A DNA stretch of 64,000 nt from the human T2T-CHM13v2.0 reference genome, Homo sapiens, in assembly GCF_009914755.1 (NCBI RefSeq), contig NC_060927.1. One strand, given 5' to 3'. Every line of letters starts with the position of its first letter. The stretch's first letter is position 1. The notes beneath the pieces are model-generated. The model did not search any database. It was not told where the DNA came from and worked only from the letters and a program-made list of their open reading frames with translations. Positions 1 through 11,617 of the stretch are shown here, piece after piece. Both the position numbers and the translations under genes were made by a program.

Positions 1-353
1 AGGAGCCCGGAGAAAATGTGGGAAAAGGTTTTTTTCCAAACGCAATCTTCTCTCTGTATTTTAACCTAGATTAATTTTACACATACAAAAAATGATTCTA
101 TTTCTGCATGGTCTTATTATATCTAAATTATTCTGGAAGGTTCAGTGCTCTGAGGCGGGGACAGATTTTGTATTTTTTTTTTTTTTTTTTTGGTTAGTAG
201 CATGGAATAATATTAGTAGCATGGAATAATATTGTCACTTCCACAAAGTGACAGTCATAAAATACTTCCCATATATACACTGTACCTAATATTTAACAAA
301 AACTACATCAACAAAAACCCTAAGACAAATACAAATCTACCTTAATACATTAT

Positions 354-1129
354 TGATATGCTTTGGCTATGTCGCCACCCAAATTTCATCTTGAATTGTA
401 GTTCTCATAATCCCAATGTGTCGTGGGAGGGACCTGGTAGGAGGTAATTTAATCATGGGTTTAGTTACCCTCATGCTATTCTCATGATGGTGAGTTGGTT
501 CTCATAAGGACTGATGGTTTTATAAGGGGCTTTTCCCCCTTTTGCTTGGCACTTCTCTTTGTTGCCGCCATGTGAAGAAGGATGCGTTCGCTTCCCCTTC
601 CACCATGATTGTAAGTTTTCTGAGGCCTCCCCAGCTCTGCAGAACTGTGAGTCAATTAAACCCCTTTCCTTTATAAATGGCACATATACATCATGGAATA
701 CTATGCAGCCATAAAAATGATGAGTTCATGTCCTTTGCAGGGACATGGATGAAGCTAGAAACCATCATTCTCAGCAAACTATCGCAAGGACAAAAAACCA
801 AACACCGCATGTTCTCACTCATAGGTGGGAATTGAACAATGAGAACACATGGACACAGGAAAGGGAACATCACACACTGGGGCCTGTTGTGGGGTGGGGG
901 GAGGAGGGAGGGATAGCATTAGGAGATATACCTAATGTTAAATGACGAGTTACTGGGTGCAGCACACCAACATGGCACATGTATACATATATAACTAACC
1001 TGCACATTGTGCACATGTACCCTAAAACTTAAAGTATAATAAAAAAATAAAAAAATAAAATAAAAATAAAAAATAAATTACCCAGTCTCAGGCATGTCTT
1101 TATTAGCAGCATGAGAATGGACTAATACA
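354..1129 (+). mobile_element. THE1/MST-family (ERVL-MaLR) solo LTR, interrupted by an L1PA 3' end
   Basis: Starts TGATATG..TTGGCT, ends GGACTAATACA; 5-bp TSD ATTAT at 349-353 and 1130-1134; consensus TTTATAAAT|TACCCAGTCTC is split by the L1. Confidence 0.92.
679..1078 (+). mobile_element. 5'-truncated L1PA (about PA3-PA6): ORF2 end, 3'UTR and poly(A)
   Basis: GGAATACTATGCAGCCATAAAAA, G-rich tract, GTTAAATGACGAGTTA, CCCTAAAACTTAAAGTATAATAAAAA; short ATAAAT duplication at both ends. Confidence 0.95.
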
Positions 1130-1254
1130 ATTATCTAAACCAAAACCTTAGCATAAGGAAAATTATTACTATCCAAATTTTAAAATTGAATAAGATTAAA
1201 GGGAGAGCTTAGCACATGTAGAAAAACAAACTCTTGGAGTGTTAATACGGGGGA

Positions 1255-1480
1255 GTAGTTAATAGTGAAGAGTGTGACATCACGTAGACTTGAGCTGTCC
1301 TTTACATTCTGACTCTTACTAGCTATGTGATCTTGTCAAGTCGCTTAATCTAAGACTGTTTCCTCATCCGTAAAATAAAGATAATATTACAGAACTCAGA
1401 GAGTTGATGAAAGGAAACAATTCATAAAAAAGTACTTGGCATATGATAAAGCCCTGATAAATGCTATTTATTATCATTGT
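1255..1480 (+). mobile_element. MIR SINE
   Basis: Core TTACTAGCTATGTGATCTTG...TTTCCTCATCCGTAAAAT. Confidence 0.7.
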
Positions 1481-2570
1481 CATTTATATTAGATAGCATT
1501 TTCAAGTCATAAAGCAAGCACGTGACAGAGCTGGAACTTAAACCAGGACCTTCTGCCTCCACATCCATGGCTCTTTACATTTTCTACGCTAGTACCGATA
1601 ATTTTCCCAGAAAAAAAAATTGTATCAGCGAAGAGAAACTTCCCTTTATTTATTAATTTATTAAAGTATCACATTAATAGTAAAGGGAGTCTTGAGCCCC
1701 ATGAAACCTTAGAAAACGTGAGAATGGAGCCTTCATAGACTTTGAGAATAGATCTATATGGTACAGGAAGGAATACTCCCTCTCTCCATGTTCAATGACA
1801 AATAAGGTAAATTTGGTAGCATGTGGTGAAGCTTCATGGACCACATCAAGTTCATTTCATTTGTGAATCAACTAAAAGTAAGAGCTGTGTGTTTGCCAGT
1901 CCCTTTGCCGATGGCAGTGTGAGCACCTGTCACCACAAGGTCAACAGTGGTGCTCTGACAGTGTCAGCACCCTGTAATATGAGGCATAGGGACTGGCTGG
2001 CTCAGAGCACGTCTGCACTGACACTGCAACAGCTTTCTGTATATTTTGCAGGTGACATCAATGCAGTACATGTGATAATCAAACCAATGGATGCTTTCAG
2101 TTGAATAAATGAATATTGGGCAAGTACTATGTGAGTGGTCTAAGCCCTATAAATACAGAGGTTGCAAAATGTGAGACTCACTATCTTCATCCCTTTTTCT
2201 CTCCCCATGTTAGGCCTCTTAAGTCTGTTTTATCCACACTCCCCCAGCACCCAAATTGTAGGACCAGTTGTCACCTTAGGCAGAAGATAGTAAGCACCGT
2301 TAGATCCATATTTTTAATAAAACAACTTTATTGAGAACCATATTCTTGAGTTCTGCAATAGGTCATGCTTACTAAAAGTCTATTCAACAACTATTTGAGT
2401 ATTTATTCAATGTGTTTCAGATTCCGATGTAGGTAAACAAAACAGGAAAAGAGGTAAAAATGCAATTCCACTTTTAAGCCTATCATCTACTGGGTGGAAA
2501 GAGACAATAACATAAGTAAATGCAGAGTATCTTAGTAAAGGAATACCATTAATAAAAAGAAAGGATAATT

Positions 2571-2855
2571 GGCCGAGCGTGATTGCTCACGCCTGTAATC
2601 CCAGCACTTTGGGAGGCCGAGGCGGGCAGATCATGAGGTCAGAAGATCGAGACCATCCTGGATAACATGGTGAAACCCAGTCTCTATTGAAAATACAAAA
2701 AATTAGTCAGGCATGGTGGCAGGCACCTGTAGTCCCAGGCAGGAGAATAGCCTGAACCCAGGAGGCAGAGCTCGCAGAGAGCCGAGATCGCGCCACTGCA
2801 CTCCAGCTTGGGCGACAGAGCGAGACTCCGTCTCAACAAAAAAAGAAAAAAAAAA
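2571..2855 (+). mobile_element. AluY-like with a 17-bp internal deletion
   Basis: GATCGAGACCATCCTGG diagnostic; GTCCCAG joins directly to GCAGGAGAAT (CTACTCGGGAGGCTGAG missing); degenerate TSD AAAAGA(A/C)AGG(A/G)TAAT. Confidence 0.93.
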
Positions 2856-3224
2856 GACAGGGTAATCGAAAGTGGGTGTCTCCTCAAAGAGTTGTTTGGC
2901 AATTTTAAATAAGGGTGATTAGGAGAGGTTTTTCTGAGAAATGTTTTGAAGAATGGAATGAGTAAACCAAGCAGCTATCTAGAGAAGAATGTTCCAAGCA
3001 AAGCAAACAAAAAGTGCACAGGAATAAGTGGAAGTATGACTGATAAGTTTAAAAGAGCAGGGAGACAGTCTGGCTGGAGTGCAGTAGGGAAAGGAGAGCA
3101 GCAGATAAGGTCAGAGAGCTAACAGAACGGATCACATACAACTTTGTCAGCCATCATCAATATTTTTGTCCTTATTTTTGAATGGAAGCATAATATGAAC
3201 TTATTAACTGTTTAACAGGATCAC

Positions 3225-3521
3225 TCTGGCCTGCTGCCTATTTTTGTACAATCTGTGAACCGATAATGTTTTCTGTATTTTTAGATGCTTGAAAAAAAAT
3301 CAAAAGAAGAATATTTTCATGACGTGGAAATCATATGAAATTCAAATTTCTGTATTTCTGAAAAGTTCGATTGGAACAAATCTACGCACATTCATTTACC
3401 TGTCTATTGCTGCTTTCATGATAAAATAGCAGAGTTGAGTAGTTGTGACAGAGACTGGACAGCTCCCGAAGCCTAAAATTTTTATACCCTAGCCCGCTAC
3501 AGATAAGTTTGCTGACCCCTG
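3225..3521 (+). mobile_element. MER58B-like hAT-Charlie MITE, left end missing
   Basis: GCAGAGTTGAGTAGTTGTGACAGAGAC and right terminal AAGTTTGCTGACCCCTG. Confidence 0.8.
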
Positions 3522-4513
3522 GACTAGACTATCAAGGGCACATGTGGAAGCAGAGACCAGTTAAAAGGCATCGTAACCATCGAAGCAAGACAGCGATGGT
3601 AACTTGGGCCAGGTGGTCAGTGGTTGGGATGGTGAGAAACAGTCAGATGCTGGGTCTGTTTTTTTGAAGATGAAGCTAAGTCTATTTGCAAATACATTGC
3701 ACCTAGGGTACAGGAAAAATAGAGGGGTTAGGAGGATTCCCAATTGCAACTCATCAGTCCTACTTCCAAGGCTCCAAACTCCAGGGCCACTCATTCCAGT
3801 GTATCATAGTTGTTTTATTTTATAAACTATGCTTTCAAGTTGGTCATTGTTCAAGTTCTTATTCGTGCAAACTCTTTTCTATCTCATTCTTCTCTAGGAG
3901 AGGGCTCTTGCACTTCCTTGTCAACCTTCCCTCCTGATCAATGTTATGTCTTTAGCTCTTCATTTTACTGTCTTTGTTTACATACCGGAAAGTGGAGAGA
4001 AGAGGCAATAGAGCTAAATAAAAGATATTAAAAGAGGGTCCTTGCCCTTTTTCCTACAGGCCAATACTTAGTAAGAAGCAGGGATTCTTTAGAAAATCTG
4101 GTGCTGAGCAACTTTTGTATTTTGTCTCTGTAAGAGAGAGATCTCCAGATTCAGAAACAGATCTCTAAAATGGCAAGCTGTTCTTGCAGAACAAATCATC
4201 TAAAATGGTGTTTCTATAAAGAAATTAATTAACTTACTTGTATTTTCATACAACATTGTCTTATAGAATACTAAATAAACATGGATTCCTCCTACATTTT
4301 TGCCAAAGAGCAGAAACATGAGATTTCACAAAACTTGCTGTAAGAGTTTGCCAGAACTATTTTTTACTGTTAAAATTATATGACTTAATTTATAGTATTT
4401 CACTTGTGATCTACAAAGCAACTAAAATATATGTTTGTCATTAGGGCTCTGATTTTTTTTTCTTTTTGTCACAGATTTATTAGACATCATCTTCATCAAA
4501 AAATGGTATAAGT

Positions 4514-5260
4514 GCATCTCTTGCCAGTTAGAATGGAGACTATTAATAAGTCAAGAAACAACAGATGCTGGCGAGGCTGTGGAGATATAGGAACACTTTT
4601 ACACAGTTGGTGGGAGTGTAAATTAGTTCAACCATTGTGGAAGACATTGTGGAATGTCTTCCTTGAGGAATCGCCAACTGTAATGGAGATTCCTCAAGGA
4701 TCTAAAACCAGAAATACCATTTGACCCAGCAATCCCATTACTGGGTATATACCCAAAGGATTATAAATCATTCTACTATAAAGACACATGCACACATATG
4801 TTTATTGCAGCACTATTTACAATAGCAAAGACTTGGAACCAACCAAATGCCTATCAAGGATAGACCAGATAATGAAAATGTGGCACATACACACCAGGGA
4901 ATACTATGCAGCCATAAAAAAGAATGAGTTTATGTCCTTTGCAGGGACATGGATGAAGCTGGAAGCCATCAATCTCAGCAAACTAACACAGGAAGAGAAA
5001 ATCAAATGCTACATGTTCTCATTCATAAGTGGGAGTTGAACAATAAGAACTCATAGACACAGGGAAGGGGAACATCACAAATCAGGGCCTGTCAGGTGGT
5101 GGGGGTTAAGGGGAGGCAGAACATTAGGATACATATGCGGGCCTTAAGCTAGATGGAGGGTTGATAGGTGCAGCAAACCACCATGGCACATGTATACCTA
5201 TGTAACAAACCTGCACGTTCTGTACATGTATCCCAAAACTTAAAGTACAATTAAAAAAAA
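4514..5260 (+). mobile_element. 5'-truncated L1PA (about PA7-PA10): ORF2 end and 3'UTR
   Basis: Translates to L1 ORF2 C-terminal motifs (NNRCWRGC, LVQPLWK, EYYAAIKKNEFMSFAGTWMKLE); TSD AAAAATGGTATAA. Confidence 0.95.
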
Positions 5261-5276
5261 TGGTATAATATAAGTG

Positions 5277-5440
5277 GGCTGGGCATGGTAGTTCACACCT
5301 ATAGTCTCAGCATTGTGGGATGCCAAGGTAGGAGGGTGGCTTGAGGCCAGGAGTTGGAGGCTATGATCGTGTCACTGCACTCCATTCTGGGTGACAGAGC
5401 AAAACACACTCTCCAAAAAGAAAAAAAGAAAAAAGAAAAT
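5277..5440 (+). mobile_element. Alu monomer (FLAM/FRAM-type)
   Basis: GGCTGGGCATGGTAG...CACTGCACTCCA..CTGGGTGACAGAGC plus A-rich tail, single arm. Confidence 0.85.
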
Positions 5441-6189
5441 GCATAAGTGGATTAAGCTAGTTTTAAGGGTTTTTATTTATTTTTTCTTTTTAGCGTTTTG
5501 TGTTTGTGAGTACCCTTGGGGTTTGCTAATATTCAAGACATTTAGGGAAGAAGACCCTACATAAAACATTAAGTCTTGGAGGCAAAATCCAATTCCTTGC
5601 ATTTTAGGCTGCCTACTTCCTGCTATCCTTGTCTCCTATTTCTGTCCATACAAGGTTAACTTTTTGCATAGAAACAGTCTCTTTGCCAGGTCTTTTGTTC
5701 TCTGGAATCAGAGGTCAAGCTCTCTGCTTATAATGTCACAACTACCCCAACTGGCTAAAGACTGTAGTGAATGCCAATTACTACACCTGCAGTTAGAAAC
5801 CAATTATTTTCTCTTAAAATAATGTGTGTTCTGTAGTCAAAATGAAGAATGCAGCTTAGTAATGGAGGGCAGTCAGACTGAGCAGGAGGTGAAAGAAAAG
5901 GGCAGTAGGGTGAGAGAAAGGTTAGGATACAGTATTCATTGAGAGGAATTGTCATAGAACTACAGAATGTTAGAACTAAACAAGATCTTAGAGATCATGA
6001 TATCAGAAATATAACCTTGGCCCTGACCCAGTCTTTGGAAATAGGATGTACCCCTAGCTGATGATTCAGTAATTCAGATGCCTCAAATAATATCATTTCA
6101 ATTTTACATATATTCTGCAATGTAATGAAAAAATAATAAAGCTTCATTGAGAAAGTCGGACATATCTACACATGGATGTGAGTCTACCA

Positions 6190-6340
6190 TTTCTAAGCTC
6201 TGAATCCTTCAGCAATTTAACTACCTTCTCAGCATCCCAAATCTCATATAGAAAAAATGAGGATGATCATAGCTACCTCGAAGAAATTGTGAATTTTATC
6301 CACGATGTAGGTACTAAATAATCACTTAACTAATAGTGCT
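6190..6340 (+). mobile_element. MIR fragment
   Basis: ATCTCATATAGAAAAAATGAGGATGATCATAGCTACCTC. Confidence 0.55.
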
Positions 6341-7234
6341 TTTACCATTTTCTGTGTGTAGTTTTGTTTAAAGTGCCACTCCAACTCATTCCTACTTTTA
6401 AAGTTTTCTATAGCTCTATTCTCCAACCACCTTGATCTTTCTTGAAATGCTTAATATACCTTCCTCGACCTGAGGATGACCCAAAGATTCTTGGATATTC
6501 TTTATCTTTCCTATGTCACTTGGGAATTTAAAAGTTCTCAAGTGCCCTTCTTCATCTGCCACTATTATTCCCTGCTGACATTTCTTAGAACTGATCTTAT
6601 ATTAGGTCAACTCCATCCTGGCAGTTGTCTTTTGGTGCCTCAGTGTAGAATGAGGTACAAATGTGTGCATGTGTATGCATACACTCTTCAGACACACCAC
6701 ATGCTTACATATCTGATGGGGAAGGGACCCTGGAAGTGGAGTCGAATCCTGGTAAGGATTCTCAGGAAGAGCTAAGTCTATATCCAGAAAGATATACAGT
6801 GCCAAGAATCCATACTCCAAGCCTCAGTAAGAAGAAGCTGAAGCATTTTTCTCTTGGCTGGTAATGAGGAAATAACGATTCTTCTCTTTATTTCCCCTTT
6901 CCTCTCTGAGGCAAGTGAGGGTGTAGAAAGACAACCAAATAGAGAACACATAGTTTGATTTAATTTTTCTGAGTATAGCACTAAAATCCCTAGGATACTG
7001 TTTCTGGGAGAACATCCAAGGTTAGGAATCCTATAGATACATTTATTATGTTCTAGAGTCAGCTTAGAAGGGTAGAAGAGAAGAAATTTTATAGCTGCTC
7101 CAACACCTCTAGAAAAATTTAAGATCGTTCCCAAATAAGGCAGAAGAAGTGGAGTTCACTGCCCTTAGATGCTACCTTATAAGTCAGTAATTAACCTAAG
7201 GGGAAAGGTAGTTTAAAACATTTTTTCTGCTTCT

Positions 7235-7392
7235 ATGCAAATGCCATGAAAATCCACGTGTCACATTTGCATTTGTCATGGGCTCCAGCATTAATGGCAT
7301 ATTTAAAAGTCATGATGTCACTGCCATTAATCAGGCCCCGTGGTGCCAGGCTTCAGTGTCATCCATTAATCACCAGTGTCTGCAGACACGTG
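7235..7392. promoter_or_regulatory. Candidate developmental enhancer (PBX-HOX, MEIS, POU and E-box cluster)
   Basis: Two CCATTAATCA, four TGTCA, ATGCAAAT and ATTTGCAT, two CACGTG in about 160 bp of apparently unique sequence. Confidence 0.5.
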
Positions 7393-8278
7393 TATTTGGA
7401 AAGGCTAAGTTAAGATCTATAAAGCATGATTTACTTTTTTAAGTAGCATGATTGAAGATGTATTGCCAACTTTCTTTGCTTTAGAATCTCTTACTATTGT
7501 GTCCTTAGGAAAGGTCTGGCATTTCTAAGCTGGTATTTAAACAGCTATTCTAAAAACAGAATGCAGTTTTGGAGGTCCTGAAAAAACCCATGCTGAATAT
7601 CTTGCTTCACCATCAAAAGAGTATGGCATTCTGTGCAGGGAGTTTGGTCTTGTTCTCTCTGAGCCACAGCTTCAGGAGTAGAGGGGACTTCACAGGAAGG
7701 TGAAGAAGACACACTTGCAAAGGATAGCAATCTTGAGATAGGACACTGGATCAAACTCCAGCAGATTTCTTTCTACTGGGTCCTGCTTCTTATCTGATTT
7801 CTGAAAAAAGAAGTTTCTGGGGATTTATTTGTTCATGGGTTGTTATGCAATCCTAAGGTTGAGTGCAATACAGAAGAGTGGCAAGGGAGAATCACTCCAG
7901 TGGTTGAGAAGAGGAAATAAAAGAATAAAATGGAGGGCAGGGAGATGACAGACAAATGTAACAAAACAGAAAACCAAAAAAGGAGGTGATAGATATAATG
8001 AGAAAAATAATTGAAAAGTTAATAAAATGAAATTGATTTTATAAAAGAAAAAAAATGAGTAGTAGAGGCGGCAATAGGGAAAGATCTGAAGGAAATCCAG
8101 GCAGAACCATGAGAATACTATGTAAAGACTAAGATATCAGTGTGGAGTACTTATTTTCCTCATGGCAACCTTTTCTTAGATTAGTGTGGCCTGTTTACAT
8201 GTTGTTCTGGATTCAACATCAGACTGTATGCTTTATGCAGACTTATACATGTCTTAGCATAAATAAATAATATCACCA

Positions 8279-8606
8279 GGCTGGGCATGGACGCTCATGC
8301 CTGTAATCCCAGCACATTTGGGGGAATGAGATGGGAGGATTGCTTGAGGCCAGAAATTTGAGACCAGCCTGGGCTACATAGTGAGGTCCCGTTTCAAAAA
8401 AAAAAGTTTTTTTGTTTGTTTGTTTTTAATTAGCTGGACTTGGTAATGCATGCCTGTAGTCCTAGTAACTTGGGAGGCTGAGGCAGGAGGATCGGTTGAG
8501 CCCAGAAGTTTGAGGCTGCAGTGAGCCATGATGGTACCACTATTCTAGCCTGGGTGACAAAAAGAAACCCTATCTCAATAAATAATAAATAAATAAATAA
8601 ATAAAA
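8279..8606 (+). mobile_element. AluJ
   Basis: GGAGGATTGCTTGAGGCCAG and TTTGAGGCTGCAGTGAGC diagnostics; (TAAA)n tail. Confidence 0.92.
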
Positions 8607-9986
8607 TAATATAATCTATTTAGTCAGTCTGACAAGACACTAGAAATGTTACATGTGAATTGCTATGTGATGCAATTCCCTTGTTATGTCAACATGATTA
8701 GAAAGGTTCAGCACTTTAATAACTTCTATTGTAAAGTCTTGTAGAAAAATGAAAAAAATAATCCATACAACAATCCTTTAGCTTTCAAACTTGGAGTTAC
8801 AGTCCCTAGAATAATCATGAAGATTCAGCAGGAATTTGAGCATTATGCTTTATTCAAAGAAATGAAATCAAGTTGTTGTCAATTACAGACATCCACCAGT
8901 TTAAGATAATATCCTTTCTTTCTACTGTCTCTTTCCTGAAACTCTAACCATGTGGTCTTTCACATACACTCTATTCATACATCCCAGGAATGCCATGAAC
9001 GACTTCTCAGTGGAGACTAGTTAGTTGGAAGTTATTATTACTAAAAGATCAATGTGGTGTTTCTCGTGTGTTCATCCTTTCTCAGCCTTAGTTTTTATAC
9101 ATTGGCTTTTGGGACCTGGAGGAATTTTTTTTGTTTGTTATTACCTTGCCTCCATTTACACGGTTCATTTTGCTTCAAATCTCTGCTTAAGAAAGATTTT
9201 GCATGAGGAGGAAGTAAAGGAAAAGTACAGATGAATGAGTTCCAACCGCATTTTTTACTGTATATCTCTGTGACTAATGCAACATAGTCCCTGCCTTCAA
9301 AGAATTCATACTTTTGGGAAAAGGTTGGAAACAGACTCCTAAACAAGAAAGGGCCATAAATTGTTAAGGTTCTACAATAGAAGCCCATCAAATGAGAAAG
9401 CATTATCTCTACTACTGAAATAAAGTAGAACTAAAAGGGAGATTGGTAGGGGAGGGAGGGAAAATTTGGTACAGAGAACTTATATTTGAGATTAATGTTC
9501 TAGAGAAAAAAATTTTGGAGGTTTTTGTTTTGCATACCATAATAAAAAATGCTATTATAAGAATCAATTTCTTTCAGAAATATTCTGTCTTAACAGAAAT
9601 AATTATCAGATACTTTGTACTTGAAATTTCAGCCATTATTAGATAACCAGACATTATAAGACACACAGCAGAGCTCATGTTTCCCTCTGGAGTTTTAAAA
9701 TATGGGAAAATTTCTATAGGCAAATATTAGGGTCCACCCCAAAATATGCTGAGTTGAAGTAAATAGAAATTAAGCTTGTGACATTTTCCAATATCTTAGC
9801 AAAGGGGACACTAAAAGGACAGCACACCGGTAATCTAAATAAATGGGGAACATAAATTACACTAATGTTAAATATTCTTGATTCTAGATAGAAATTATCA
9901 TTCTGCCTTCCTAGGAAGCAAAGTTTTGTGCATCTCTACAAATTTGAATAGCTGTAAGCATACGTATTTTAAAAAATTCTACAGTC

Positions 9987-10528
<542 letters not shown>

Positions 10529-11245
10529 ATCTAGTCTTTCGCACATATGGAGACTTAAATTCCCTTTTAATTGTGATTAAAGTAGAAAAATGTATAAATA
10601 GGTGATATTCCTTTCATTTTTCCCTCTCAATGTTTTCATGTAAAAGACCGTTTTCCTATAATAAAATTAACTTTGGGGTTCAAACTCAACCTTTGTGTTT
10701 CAACATCCAAGGGAATGGTAGAAAGCAAGTGTTAATGAGAAGAGCTATAAAGTCTCTTTGGACAACAAAGAATTAGACCCAATTTTTATCAATATTTCCA
10801 CTACACACACACATTCTTCTCAAAAATCCTTGCTGTTCAATTGTGACCTAGGGGAATGAATATTTCACAAGAGGTTTGATCCCATCCTGCAGGCTGGTTA
10901 GTTTTACTCTCAGATGTCTCCAAAGAATCATGTAACAACAGGCTCCTCAACCCATTATTATTTTTTTTGGTCTTTGATCTTTCTGTTTTTGTAAGGATAG
11001 CCTTTGTCCTTGGCTCATCATTTTCCCACAGGGACCCAAACTCCAAAAGGCAGAGCAGGCACAGGAAACAGAAGCAGAAGTGGTCCCATTTGGTCCAAAA
11101 ACTAGAAAAACACTCAGTCTTTAAAATTAGATCCTTTCCTTGACCTCCTATCTTTCTCCTTAATCTGTTTCCCTTATAAGAGGACAATCCCAGTAGAAAC
11201 ATGTCCTGCCTTCTTTTTGCAGCCTTATCCAGTTTCCCCAGGTAG

Positions 11246-11617
<372 letters not shown>

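Larger units (their letters stand above)
2350..3740 (-). mobile_element. L2 fragment, interrupted by an Alu and MER58
   Basis: ATTCAACAACTATTTGAGT, GGCTGGAGTGCAG..., GGATCACTCTGG, GATGGTGAGAA...TCAGAT resemble the L2 3' region in antisense. Confidence 0.6.

Noticed and set aside
4512-5039. ORFs with L1 ORF2-like peptides (also 691-945, 15788-16021, 52012-52194, 57894-58088)
   Set aside because: Frameshifted fragments or antisense frames of truncated L1 copies, not genes
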